A DNA stretch of 64,000 bases from an uncultured Gemmatimonadales bacterium (GTDB lineage Bacteria > Gemmatimonadota > Gemmatimonadetes > Gemmatimonadales > GWC2-71-9): positions 503,831 to 567,830 of the forward strand of contig CAWFNY010000001.1 in the NCBI GenBank assembly GCA_963817435.1, read 5' to 3'. Under the pieces are notes generated by a model, which worked only from the letters and a program-made list of their open reading frames with translations, made no database searches and was not told where the DNA came from. The position numbers and the translations under genes were made by a program. Of this stretch, positions 18,496-27,684 are shown piece after piece. Each line of letters opens with the position of its first letter. Position 1 is the first letter of the stretch.

Positions 18496-19871
18496 GGCGC
18501 GGCCTCCGGGACGACGGTGACCGTGAGCGCCCGGTCAGGAGCGAGCAACCCCTCCGCCGCATGACGGACGTCGGCGAGTGTGACCGCCATGACGCTGGGC
18601 AGTTCGCCGTTCACCGCCTCGATGGCTCCGTGCAGCCCGACCGCGTGGTGCAGCCCTTCCGCGATATCGGCGGGCCGCTCCCGCCCGCTCACCACCGTCG
18701 CCAGGTAGATGTTCCGTGCGCGCACGAGGTCTGCCTCCGTCAGGCCAGGCCCGCCCGCCCAGGCCGCCTGTGCCGCCAGCTCAGCGCCTAACGAATCGGC
18801 GCTCACGCCTGCCGCGGCCACGCCGAACAGGCCGAAGACGCCGGGCCCCGACCGGTCCGTGAGGATTCCGCCCTGGGTGGCATCCGCCGTGCGGGTCTCG
18901 CGCACCAGCCGGGTGGTGAGCCGGGAGCCGGGCCCCTGGCTGAGGATGATCCCCAGCAATTCGAGCGCAGACGTGTCCGGGTCCCGATGGGCCGGGATGG
19001 GATAGAACCGGCCGACCGCCACGCGGCCCGCGAGGCGGTCGCTCAGCGTCTTGCTGCGAGCGCCCGACGCGGTCGCGGGAGTACAGCCGACGTCTGGCGT
19101 CTCGCTTCCCCTCGGAATGTCGCCGAAATAGCTCTCGATCTGCTGCCGGGTTGCCGCGGGGTCGAAATCACCGGTGACGACGAGCCGTGCGTTGTTGGGC
19201 CGGTAGAATTGCTGATAGAAGCCGCGCGCGTCGGCCGTCGTGAGGGACTGGATCGTGCTGACGCGACCGATCGACGGGTGGGCATATCCCGGGCAGCCGG
19301 CCGAGTCGTAGACCGACGCGATCGCATCCAGGATCGCGCCGGTATAGGCCTCGCCGCCGACACGCGCGTCGAGGTCGCCGAGGAGGCCGTTCTGACTTTG
19401 TCTGACGGTGGTGTCGTTGATGGCGAGGGAACGCATCCGCTCTGCTTCGAGCCACAGGCCCAGATTGAGCCGGTTGGAGGGCAGCGTCTCGCTGTAGCGG
19501 GAGAACTCCTCGTCGACGGCGGCGCTGAGCTGGCCCCCCGCATCCTCGACAATCGCGCCGTGGCCGCCGGCGGGGACGTTGGCCGAGCCAGTGAACATCA
19601 GCCGCTCGAAGAGTCGCGCCAGCCCCGCCTTGGAGGCGGGCTCGTTGCGCGAGCCCGCGTGGTACCAGACGCTCACCGCCACGACCTGGCTGGTGTGATC
19701 CGGAGCCAGCAGGACATCGAGCCCGTTCGCCAGCGAGAAACGATCGTAGCTGATGCGGCCTGCATCCTGGGCGCGCAGCATCGTGACGCCGGACAGAGCG
19801 AGCAGGAACACCACGATGGGAATGATGGGCCACGCCCGGGCGGGCGGCGGCGATGTCAGACGATGAGTCAC
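18492..19871 (-). CDS. M16-family peptidase homologue with degenerate zinc motif (RxxER in place of HxxEH)
   Basis: VWYHAGSRNEPASKAGLARLFERLMFTG aligns to the M16 consensus G-L-A-H-x-x-E-H-M-x-F. Codons CGA and CGG at 19602-19616 were read directly. Confidence 0.75.
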   Translation of the reverse strand: MTHRLTSPPPARAWPIIPIVVFLLALSGVTMLRAQDAGRISYDRFSLANGLDVLLAPDHTSQVVAVSVWYHAGSRNEPASKAGLARLFERLMFTGSANVPAGGHGAIVEDAGGQLSAAVDEEFSRYSETLPSNRLNLGLWLEAERMRSLAINDTTVRQSQNGLLGDLDARVGGEAYTGAILDAIASVYDSAGCPGYAHPSIGRVSTIQSLTTADARGFYQQFYRPNNARLVVTGDFDPAATRQQIESYFGDIPRGSETPDVGCTPATASGARSKTLSDRLAGRVAVGRFYPIPAHRDPDTSALELLGIILSQGPGSRLTTRLVRETRTADATQGGILTDRSGPGVFGLFGVAAAGVSADSLGAELAAQAAWAGGPGLTEADLVRARNIYLATVVSGRERPADIAEGLHHAVGLHGAIEAVNGELPSVMAVTLADVRHAAEGLLAPDRALTVTVVPEAAP

Positions 19872-19977
19872 GCGGGGCCTACGGTAGAGTCGGGAGTGCG
19901 GTTTCGTCGCCCGGCGCGCCGGACGCGATGGGAGAAGGTAGCGGCTCGCTGCGTGCTTGGCGACTCTGGCCGCGAGG

Positions 19978-20649
19978 TCAGGCCAGCGCAGCCCGGATCC
20001 GCTCCGGAAAGTTGCCGCAGATCCCGTCCACCCCCAGCCCGATCAGCCGCCGGATGTCGCGCGCTTCGTTCACCGTCCACGCAATGATCCGCAAGCCGTC
20101 GGTGTGCAGGTCGGTCACGAGGACCTCATCGATGAGATGGGCCTCCATCCAGAGCGTATCCGCCCCGGTACCGTGCAGCACCGGGAGCGTGTCGAGCAGA
20201 TAGGAGGAGAGCAGCGCTCCGCGACGCAGTTCGGGGCGCTGGTCTCCCAGCCGGGCGACGATCCGGTGATCGAATCCATGGACGGCATACCCTCCGGGCG
20301 TCGGACCGGCGTCGAGAGTTTCGAGCAGTCGCGCATCGGCGGCGGGTGGAAGCGTCTTGACCTCGACCCATACATCCAGACCATCCAGCACCTGCAGGGC
20401 TTCTTCGAGCGTCGGGATCGGCTCGCCGTTGGGCAGCCGGTAGTCCGCGAACGCGGCACGCGGCAACTCCCCGATGACCCCGACGCCCTGGACGTGGGCA
20501 TCGTGGTGCACCAGGAAGCAGCCATCGGTGGTCGTGTGGATGTCGAGCTCGACCGCATCCGCCCCCAGGGCGGCGGCGCGCCGGAACGCGCTGGGTGAGT
20601 TCTCGTGGGCATGCCCCGAGGCGCCCCGGTGCGCGATGACCTGCGGCAT
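19978..20649 (-). CDS. glycerophosphodiester phosphodiesterase family protein
   Basis: [38 protein letters not shown]. The ATG shares one nt with the thiolase stop (TGATG). Confidence 0.8.
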   Translation of the reverse strand: MPQVIAHRGASGHAHENSPSAFRRAAALGADAVELDIHTTTDGCFLVHHDAHVQGVGVIGELPRAAFADYRLPNGEPIPTLEEALQVLDGLDVWVEVKTLPPAADARLLETLDAGPTPGGYAVHGFDHRIVARLGDQRPELRRGALLSSYLLDTLPVLHGTGADTLWMEAHLIDEVLVTDLHTDGLRIIAWTVNEARDIRRLIGLGVDGICGNFPERIRAALA

Positions 20650-21848
20650 CAGTCCATCCGCTCCACGATCAGTGCGATCCCCTGGCCCACGCCGATGCAC
20701 ATCGAGGCGAGCCCATAGCGCCCGCCGGTGCGTCTCAGTGCGTGCACCAGAGTCGCGACGATCTTCGCGCCACTCGCCCCGAGCGGGTGGCCCAGAGCGA
20801 TGGCACCGCCGTAGACGTTGACCCTGGCAGGATCGAGTCCGAGCTCGCGAATGCAGGCGATGGACTGCGACGCGAACGCTTCATTCAGCTCGACCAGGTC
20901 GAGCTGTGCGACCGTGAGGCCCGCACGCGCCAGGGCCTTGCGCGTCGCCGGGATCGGCCCGAGCCCCATGACGGAGGGATCGAGCCCGGCGACGGCACTC
21001 GCGACAATCCGGGCCAGCGGTTTCTTCCCGAGTTCCCGCGCCGCGTCCGCGCTGAGTACACTGACGGCTGCCGCGCCGTCGTTGATGCCGCTCGAGGTCC
21101 CTGCGGTGACGGTCCCGTCCTTGAGAAAGGCGGGCTTCATCTTGCCGAGGGCCTCCATGGTGACGCCGGCGCGCGGGTGCTCGTCGGTCGCGAACAGGCT
21201 GGTTCCGCCCTTGCCGTCCGGCACCGGGACCGGCACCAGTTCGTCGCCGAACACCCCGTTCGCCAGCGCTTCCTGGGTACGCCGCTGGCTTTCCACCGCG
21301 AAGCGGTCCTGGTCGTCCCTGGTGATGCCATAGCGCTGCGCCACCCGCTCGGCGGTCTCACCGAGGGCGATGGTCCACTCCTTCGGCATCTTCGGGTTGA
21401 CGAAGCGCCATCCGACCGTGGTGTCCGCCATCGGCGGCGGCGTGCGGTTCCAGGCCGAGCCACTCTTCAGCATGACATACGGCGCGCGCGTCATGCTCTC
21501 GACTCCCCCCGCGACGAAGATCTCGCCTTCGCTGGAGCGAACCGCCTGCGCGGCACTCACGATGGCCTGCAGCCCCGAGCCGCAGAGCCGGTTGACCGTC
21601 TGCCCGGGGATGTCGACGGGGAGGCCGGCGAGCAGCGTCGCCATCCGGGCGATATTCCGGTTGTCCTCGCCCGCCTGGTTGCTGCAGCCGAGGATCACGT
21701 CTTCGATCCGTTCCGGGGGAAGCCCTGCTCGCTCGACGAGCGCCTTGACCGCGACGGCCGCGAGGTCGTCGGCCCGGACGTCGGCGAGGGCGCCACCGGC
21801 CCGGCCCACCGGGGTCCGCACCGCGGCGGTAATGACGGCGTCACGCAC
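20649..21848 (-). CDS. acetyl-CoA C-acetyltransferase (thiolase)
   Basis: [10 protein letters not shown] active-site Cys region and C-terminal [17 protein letters not shown] / MCIGVGQG. Confidence 0.9.
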   Translation of the reverse strand: MRDAVITAAVRTPVGRAGGALADVRADDLAAVAVKALVERAGLPPERIEDVILGCSNQAGEDNRNIARMATLLAGLPVDIPGQTVNRLCGSGLQAIVSAAQAVRSSEGEIFVAGGVESMTRAPYVMLKSGSAWNRTPPPMADTTVGWRFVNPKMPKEWTIALGETAERVAQRYGITRDDQDRFAVESQRRTQEALANGVFGDELVPVPVPDGKGGTSLFATDEHPRAGVTMEALGKMKPAFLKDGTVTAGTSSGINDGAAAVSVLSADAARELGKKPLARIVASAVAGLDPSVMGLGPIPATRKALARAGLTVAQLDLVELNEAFASQSIACIRELGLDPARVNVYGGAIALGHPLGASGAKIVATLVHALRRTGGRYGLASMCIGVGQGIALIVERMD

Positions 21849-21975
21849 TGGGGATCCTGGGTTCGAGTTCGAGAGAATCTAGCGAGGGGCGGCTTGCGGC
21901 GGGCGTGGGGCCAGCCCATCCTCCGGTATCAAACCGACTTAACAACCGCCGCCCGGAGCCGTCTACCCGCCGACG

Positions 21976-22530
21976 ATGACAGTGCCGGCTGCCTCCTCCA
22001 GTACCGACCCGACCGATGCTGCCCTGGTCCTGGCCTATCGTGGCGGGGACGAGCGAAGCGCCTCGGCGCTTGTGGGTCGCCACGCGGCGGCACTCGCCCG
22101 GTTTCTCGGGGGTTCCGGAGCGGATCACGGGGACCTCGAGGATCTCGTCCAGGAAACCTTCATCCGGGCGTTCCGGGCGCTGGACGGGTGGCGGGGCGAG
22201 GCGGCATTCCGAAGCTGGCTGCTCAGCATTGCCAGCAATCTCGTGAAGGACCAGTACCGGCGACGACGGGGCCGCGTCCATGTCTCGCTCGAGGACAGCG
22301 ACCTGGCGGCCGCCGACGACCCCGCCGCGACGCTTGATGCCTCGGAAGCCGAAGCCCGGATGCGGCAGGGACTGGGGACCCTCCCGCGGCTGCAGCGCGA
22401 GGTCTTCCTGTTGCGAGCCCAGCAGGGCATGGAGTACGGGGCGATCGCGGAGACACTGGGAACGACGCCGGGGGCGGCCCGGGTGCACTACCACCACGCC
22501 GTGAAGAAACTGAAGGAGCTGGTCGAATGA
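21976..22530 (+). CDS. ECF (sigma-70 family) RNA polymerase sigma factor
   Basis: Region 2 (DLEDLVQETFIRAFRALDGW) and region 4 (EVFLLRAQQGMEYGAIAETLGTTPGAARVHYHHAVKKL). Confidence 0.85.
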   Translation: MTVPAASSSTDPTDAALVLAYRGGDERSASALVGRHAAALARFLGGSGADHGDLEDLVQETFIRAFRALDGWRGEAAFRSWLLSIASNLVKDQYRRRRGRVHVSLEDSDLAAADDPAATLDASEAEARMRQGLGTLPRLQREVFLLRAQQGMEYGAIAETLGTTPGAARVHYHHAVKKLKELVE

Positions 22531-23045
22531 CCCACTGCGAATCGATCCAGGACCGCATACCGCTGGTGGCGAACGGCCTCGCGGAGTGGGATACCGCGGA
22601 GGCGGCGCATGTCGCTTCGTGCCCGGAGTGCAGCGCGGAGTGGCGGACGGTCATGCTGGCCCGGCAACTCGGTGACGCGGCCGCCCGCCGCATCGATCCC
22701 GCCCGGGTGAGCAGCGCGGTGCTGCTCCGCCTCGCCTCCCAGCGCCGTGCCACTCGGTGGAAGCGGGGCGGCTGGCTCGCCGGCCTTGCCGCTGCCGCGG
22801 CCCTGGTGCTCATGGTCAGGGCCGGTTCGCGGCACCCGAGTGAAGCCGCGGACACCAGCCAGACCGTTACGGCGGCGCTGCACGTACCCCTCGCGGAACT
22901 CGAGACGCTCGATGCCGAGGAACTGGAATCTGTGCTGAACGGATTGGATGAACCCCTCGGGTCTGGCGCCGCGCCGGACACGCCGCACCTCGGCGACCTG
23001 GATGATCAACAACTTGAGCGCGTGCTGCGCTCGCTGGAGGGCTGA
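22527..23045 (+). CDS. anti-sigma factor (zf-HC2-like, single TM)
   Basis: ATGA overlap with the sigma gene. H-x3-C ... CPEC motif (HCESIQ...HVASCPECSAEW) and a central hydrophobic helix. Confidence 0.6.
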   Translation: MTHCESIQDRIPLVANGLAEWDTAEAAHVASCPECSAEWRTVMLARQLGDAAARRIDPARVSSAVLLRLASQRRATRWKRGGWLAGLAAAAALVLMVRAGSRHPSEAADTSQTVTAALHVPLAELETLDAEELESVLNGLDEPLGSGAAPDTPHLGDLDDQQLERVLRSLEG

Positions 23046-23560
23046 TGCGTACGACACGATGGTTGCTCGTCTTCGGTGCGCTGCTCGCGGCCCCGCTCGC
23101 TGGCCAGGAGCCCGGCCCCCCGGATCAGGCGCGTGCGGGGGAGCTTCGCCGGCTGATCGAGGAGCGGTTCACCGCCCGGGTCCAGGAAGAGCTCGGCCTC
23201 ACCGACCAGCAGTCGTCGCGACTGCGCGAGGTCGTGTGGCAGTACTTCGCCAAGCGCCGCACGATGGAAGCGGAGGAGCGCCAGCTCCGGCAGGGCCTCG
23301 CCGCAGAACTGCGCCCGGGGGTGGCCGCCAACAGCGACAACGTGGCCCGGCTGACGGATCAGCTGCTCGACGTCAAGCTCCGCTATGTGCAGTCCTACAA
23401 AGACGAACTTCGCGATCAGTCTGCGTTCCTGAATCCGGTGCAGCGCGCGCAGTATCTCATCCTGCGCGAGCGGCTGCTCGACCGCATCAAGGAGGCGCAA
23501 GACCTGCGCGGGTCCGACAGCACACTCACTCCCATGCGCCGGCGCAGACTCCGGCCTTAG
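23045..23560 (+). CDS. periplasmic LTXXQ-motif (Spy/CpxP-like) protein
   Basis: Signal peptide, LGLTDQQSSRL (LTxxQ), helical and charged. Start overlaps the anti-sigma stop. Confidence 0.5.
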   Translation: MRTTRWLLVFGALLAAPLAGQEPGPPDQARAGELRRLIEERFTARVQEELGLTDQQSSRLREVVWQYFAKRRTMEAEERQLRQGLAAELRPGVAANSDNVARLTDQLLDVKLRYVQSYKDELRDQSAFLNPVQRAQYLILRERLLDRIKEAQDLRGSDSTLTPMRRRRLRP

Positions 23561-23689
23561 GCTCGGCGTTACAGTTGTAGTCTCACGGGGGCGGGGGTCG
23601 GGAGCGGGGTCATTCCGCTGCCCGGCCTCCGCCCCATGCATTTTCAGTCGGCGGGCGCTACCATTCTTCCAAGCTCCCTGGAGTCAGAA

Positions 23690-25018
23690 ATGCGCTTCAC
23701 CGCTGTGCTGCTCAGTCTTCCCCTGGTCCTGGCGGGCTTCGCTCCCGCCGCCGCGCAGGCGCCATCCGGTGCCGTCTATCGCCTCGATATTCACGGTACG
23801 ATCGAGAACGGCCTCGCGCCCTATGTGGTTCGCGGGCTCCGTCAGGCGAACGCGTCGAACGCCTCCGCGGTCCTGCTCGATCTGGACACCCCGGGCGGCA
23901 GGGTTGATGCCGCCGAGCGCATCGCCGATGCGGTACGGGCCTCGAAGGTTCCGGTGTACGCATTCGTGAATCCGCGTGCCTACAGCGCGGGCGCCCTCAT
24001 CGCCCTGTCGACCTCGGGAATCTTCATGCGGAGCGGAGCGGTGCTCGGGGCCGCCACGCCGGTGGACGGGCAGGGGACCAAGATGCCTGAGAAGTACGTC
24101 TCGGCCATGCGCGCCGAGTTCCGGGCCCTCGCCGAGGCGCGGGGTCTCGAGCCGCGCATTGCGGAAGCCATGGTGGACGAGAGTCTCGGCGTCGCCGGTC
24201 TCGCGGAGCGGGGGCAGCTGGTCACGCTGAGCACCAGCGAGGCGCTTCGGGTGAAGTACGCCCGCGCCCAGGTCGAGAGCGAAGCCGAGCTGCTCGCCCA
24301 GGTCGGTCTCGCGGGCGCGAACGTGATGGCGATTGATCTCAACTGGGCTGAGATCGTGGTCCGCTTCCTCACCAACCCGGTGGTTGCCCCGCTGCTGCTC
24401 TCGCTTGGTGTGCTGGCGCTACTCGCGGAGATCAAGGCCGGGGCGCATGGCCTCGGTCTGCTGATCGGGTTCGTCTGCCTCGGCCTGTTCTTCGGATCGA
24501 GCCTCATCGTCGGCCTCGCCGGCCTCGAGGAGGTCATCCTCCTCGGACTGGGCGTCGTCGCGGTGGCGGTCGAGGTCTTCCTGCTACCGGGATTCGGCGT
24601 TGCCGGAGTGCTCGGTGCCCTGCTGATCGGCGCGGCGATCGTGCTGGCGATGCTCGGCAATTTCCCGACGGGGGGCGATGTCTTCCAGGCGCTGGCCGTG
24701 CTCGGCGCGAGCGTCGTGATCACCCTGTCGGTCGCCTTCGCGTGGCTCAGGCACTTGCCGAACAGCGGCCGCTTCTCCGGACTGATCCACCAGAGCGCGG
24801 TGCAGTCCGCCGAGGGGTACGTCGCGGCGCTGCCGCGCGGTGATCTGATCGGACAGACCGGCGTGGCGGTGACCGACCTCCGGCCGGCGGGCGTGGCCAC
24901 CGTCGGTGGAGAGCGGATCGATGTCGTCACCCAGGGAGAATACATCAGCAGCGGTGCGCCGGTGGTGGTGGTGCGCGCCGAGGGGTACCGGCACGTCGTC
25001 AGGCAGGCCCAGACCTAA
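23690..25018 (+). CDS. NfeD-family membrane-bound ClpP-class serine protease
   Basis: Signal peptide, ClpP-like domain (LDLDTPGGRVDAAERI, AYSAGALIALS), multiple TM helices and a C-terminal OB-like domain. Directly upstream of floA. Confidence 0.8.
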   Translation: MRFTAVLLSLPLVLAGFAPAAAQAPSGAVYRLDIHGTIENGLAPYVVRGLRQANASNASAVLLDLDTPGGRVDAAERIADAVRASKVPVYAFVNPRAYSAGALIALSTSGIFMRSGAVLGAATPVDGQGTKMPEKYVSAMRAEFRALAEARGLEPRIAEAMVDESLGVAGLAERGQLVTLSTSEALRVKYARAQVESEAELLAQVGLAGANVMAIDLNWAEIVVRFLTNPVVAPLLLSLGVLALLAEIKAGAHGLGLLIGFVCLGLFFGSSLIVGLAGLEEVILLGLGVVAVAVEVFLLPGFGVAGVLGALLIGAAIVLAMLGNFPTGGDVFQALAVLGASVVITLSVAFAWLRHLPNSGRFSGLIHQSAVQSAEGYVAALPRGDLIGQTGVAVTDLRPAGVATVGGERIDVVTQGEYISSGAPVVVVRAEGYRHVVRQAQT

Positions 25019-25033
25019 CCAGGAGATCGCCAC

Positions 25034-26038
25034 GTGGAGGACATCAGTTCAGTCGCGCCGGGGTTGCTGATCGCCCTGGTTTTCATCGGATTCATCTTCC
25101 TTGTCATCGTCTTCCGGTTCATCCCGCTCCCGCTCTGGATCCAGGCGCTCACGTCGGGGGTCCGGGTCTCATTCATGACGCTGTTCGGGATGCGATTCCG
25201 CAAGGTGAACCCGAGCGACATCGTGCTGCCGCTGATCAATGCCCACAAGGCGGGGTTGCAGACGGTGGGGCTGCAGGACCTGGAGTCGCACTATCTCTCC
25301 GGTGGCAATGTGAGCCGGGTAGTCAACGCGCTGATTTCAGCGGACAAGGCAGGCATTCCGCTGAACCTGAAGCAGGCGTGTGCGATCGACCTCGCCGGCC
25401 GCGACGTCTTCGAGGCGGTCCAGGTCAGCGTGAACCCCAAGGTCATAACGACCCCGAAGGTGGCGGCGATGGCCAAGAACGGCATTCAGCTGCTGGCGAT
25501 CGCGCGGGTGACGGTGCGGGCCAACATCAACCGGCTGGTCGGCGGCGCGGGCGAGGAGACGATTCTCGCGCGGGTCGGGGAAGGCATCGTGTCCGCCATC
25601 GGTTCGGCCGACACCCATAACGCAGTGCTCCAGAATCCCGACATGATCTCCAAGACCGTCCTCGCCAAGGGGCTCGATGCCGGCACCGCATTCGAGATCC
25701 TCTCGATCGACATCGCGGACGTGGACGTCGGCAAGAACATCGGCGCCGAGCTGCAAACGGACCAGGCCGAGGCGGACAAGCGGATCGCGCAGGCCAAGGC
25801 GGAAGAGCGGCGCGCGATGGCGGTCGCGATGGAGCAGGAATACAAGGCAGAAGCGCAGAAGCAGCGGGCGGCGGTGATCGCGGCCGAGGCACAGATTCCG
25901 CTCGCGATGGCCGATGCCTTCCGCAGCGGCAACTTCGGCGTGATGGATTATCAGCGCTACCGGAACCTGCAGGCCGATACCACGATGCGGCAGTCGATCG
26001 CGGGACAGTCCGAGACCTCCACCGGCGGAGCCTCCTGA
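25034..26038 (+). CDS. floA: flotillin-like protein FloA (SPFH domain)
   Basis: Near-colinear match to FloA/YqfA signatures: [78 protein letters not shown]. Confidence 0.9.
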   Translation: MEDISSVAPGLLIALVFIGFIFLVIVFRFIPLPLWIQALTSGVRVSFMTLFGMRFRKVNPSDIVLPLINAHKAGLQTVGLQDLESHYLSGGNVSRVVNALISADKAGIPLNLKQACAIDLAGRDVFEAVQVSVNPKVITTPKVAAMAKNGIQLLAIARVTVRANINRLVGGAGEETILARVGEGIVSAIGSADTHNAVLQNPDMISKTVLAKGLDAGTAFEILSIDIADVDVGKNIGAELQTDQAEADKRIAQAKAEERRAMAVAMEQEYKAEAQKQRAAVIAAEAQIPLAMADAFRSGNFGVMDYQRYRNLQADTTMRQSIAGQSETSTGGAS

Positions 26039-26731
26039 GTGGAGGGCATCCGGTCGGCCGCCGGCTTCGAGGGGCTCGTCGTCCTCGCGGTCATCTATTT
26101 CGTCCTGAACCTGCTCTCGAGGGCGGGGAAGAAGGCGGGGGCATCCCCGAAGCCCACGCCGGTGTCGGGCACGGGTGAAGACGCGACTCCGACTCAACTG
26201 GAAGCAGTGTCGCTCGAATCGATCCTGCGGCAGATCGAGGCGGTGAAGCAGCAGAAGGCGCGGGGCACAGTGCCGGGGCGGAGCCCGGCCCAGGCGGCGC
26301 CGCGGTTCAAGCCCAGACCTGCACCGCCGCGGATGGGCGAAGTCGTGCAGGATGCGCGTGGGCCGATGGGCCGGATTTCCAGGACCAGCCTCGAGAGCGC
26401 GGAGGAGGTCGAGGACCGGACCTCGCTGGAGGAGGAGGGACGGCAGCTCGAGGAGCGCCGGCTTCAGAACATCGAAGTCTTCACGAAGCGTCCGCAGCGG
26501 GTGCTCCAGAACCGCGACGAGGAGGCAGAGGCCGTCGCGCAGCGGCGGATCAAGTCGGCCGAGGCCCGCAACCGGCCGCACGCCGCGGCGGATCATCAGA
26601 GCTTCGATCAGGCCATCCGGGCCCCCGCCGAGCCGGTGGCGGTGCGGCAGCGACTGACCGCGCAGGGTCTGCGGGAGGCGCTGGTCTGGCGGGAAATCCT
26701 GGGACCGCCGAAATCGATGCAGAACGAGTGA
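26039..26731 (+). CDS. hypothetical single-pass membrane protein, charged C-terminal region
   Basis: GTG starts right after the floA stop. N-terminal TM helix (LVVLAVIYFVLNLL). Conserved-looking C-terminal LREALVWREILGPPKS. Confidence 0.4.
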   Translation: MEGIRSAAGFEGLVVLAVIYFVLNLLSRAGKKAGASPKPTPVSGTGEDATPTQLEAVSLESILRQIEAVKQQKARGTVPGRSPAQAAPRFKPRPAPPRMGEVVQDARGPMGRISRTSLESAEEVEDRTSLEEEGRQLEERRLQNIEVFTKRPQRVLQNRDEEAEAVAQRRIKSAEARNRPHAAADHQSFDQAIRAPAEPVAVRQRLTAQGLREALVWREILGPPKSMQNE

Positions 26732-26741
26732 GAAACGATCA

Positions 26742-26762
26742 GGGCGGCCCGGCGGGCCGCCC
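26742..26762. terminator. GC hairpin between convergent genes
   Basis: GGGCGGCCC-GGC-GGGCCGCCC, a perfect 9-bp stem, between the 26731 and 26771 gene ends. Confidence 0.45.
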
Positions 26763-26770
26763 CGATTGCT

Positions 26771-27403
26771 TCACTTCCGTCGTCTCACCTTCTTCGCGGC
26801 GGGCGGCCGCCTGGGCCGCGCTTTTGCCGAGGGCTTCGGCGCCACCTTCGGGCCGAAGGTCTTCTCGTACAGGGCGATGGCCTCGACGATCGCGGCCCGC
26901 GCCTCGGTCGCGCCCTCGAAGCCGCGGGTACGGGTCGTCACCCCCTCCAAGTCCTTGTAGACCTGGAAGAAGTGCTCGATCTCCTTGAGCATGTGCTGTG
27001 GAATGTCGTCCAGCTCGTTGATCCCCTCGGAGTAGGGATCGCTGACAGGCACCGCCAGCACCTTCTCGTCCGCCTTGCCGCGGTCGATCAGGTGGAACAG
27101 CCCGATCGGCCGGCACTCGATCAGGCAGCCGGTGAAGACCGGGATCGTGGTGATGACCAGAACGTCGAGCGGATCGCCGTCATCTCCCAGGGTGCGGGGA
27201 AGAAATCCGTAGTCGCCGGGGTAGTGGACGGCGCTCGCGAGCACCCGGTCGAGGCGGAAGATCCCGTACTCCTTGTCGAGCTCGTACTTGTTGCGCTCGT
27301 TGGTCGGGATCTCGATGATGGCGTTGACAACGTCGGGCGGGGTGGGGCCGGTGGCGATGTCGTGCCAGGGGTGCAATCCCTGGGGTGGTCTGTTGGTTGG
27401 CAT
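26771..27403 (-). CDS. ppa: inorganic pyrophosphatase (family I) with Lys/Arg/Pro-rich C-terminal tail
   Basis: VNAIIEIPTNERNKYELDKEYGIFRLDRVL, DGDPLDVLV, DEKVLAV. Followed by a ~30-aa basic tail. Confidence 0.9.
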   Translation of the reverse strand: MPTNRPPQGLHPWHDIATGPTPPDVVNAIIEIPTNERNKYELDKEYGIFRLDRVLASAVHYPGDYGFLPRTLGDDGDPLDVLVITTIPVFTGCLIECRPIGLFHLIDRGKADEKVLAVPVSDPYSEGINELDDIPQHMLKEIEHFFQVYKDLEGVTTRTRGFEGATEARAAIVEAIALYEKTFGPKVAPKPSAKARPRRPPAAKKVRRRK

Positions 27404-27424
27404 GGGAGTAAGATACGTCGGTCA

Positions 27425-27507
27425 GCCCGAGTGGCGGAATGGCAGACGCAGCGGACTCAAAATCCGCCGAGGGCAACCTCGTGCGAGTTCGACTCTCGCC
27501 TCGGGCA
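27425..27507 (+). tRNA. tRNA-Leu (anticodon CAA), type II with long variable arm
   Basis: Hand-folded. Acceptor GCCCGAG/CTCGGGC. Anticodon stem GCGGA/TCCGC with loop CTCAAAA. Variable stem CGAGG/CCTCG. T arm GCGAG-TTCGACT-CTCGC. Discriminator A. CCA is not encoded. Confidence 0.9.
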
Positions 27508-27593
27508 TACGCAGCAGGACGCCGCGCGCGCAGGCCGTGCGGGAGAGGCGGTCACCGGGAGCCGGTGTCCGCCTTCTGCGTATGGCGGCGTCC

Positions 27594-27622
27594 TTGCTTG
27601 TATTCGCTATATGCTTATATAG
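27594..27622 (+). promoter_or_regulatory. AT-rich candidate promoter upstream of the rhodanese/MTase genes
   Basis: TTGCTT, 16 nt, TATATA (alternative TATAGT) inside a conspicuous AT-rich patch in otherwise GC-rich DNA. Confidence 0.35.
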
Positions 27623-27684
27623 TTATAAAAGCTCAGGCGCCCGTACGCGGCGCCCGGAGCGTGTCCATTCCCGACTCGCGCTGG

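Noticed and set aside
21849-21975. ECF-type autoregulatory promoter upstream of the sigma gene (TTAAC, 16 nt, CGTCTA).
   Set aside because: The -35 is a poor match to GGAAC, and several alternative alignments are equally weak. It is not supportable without transcription start data.
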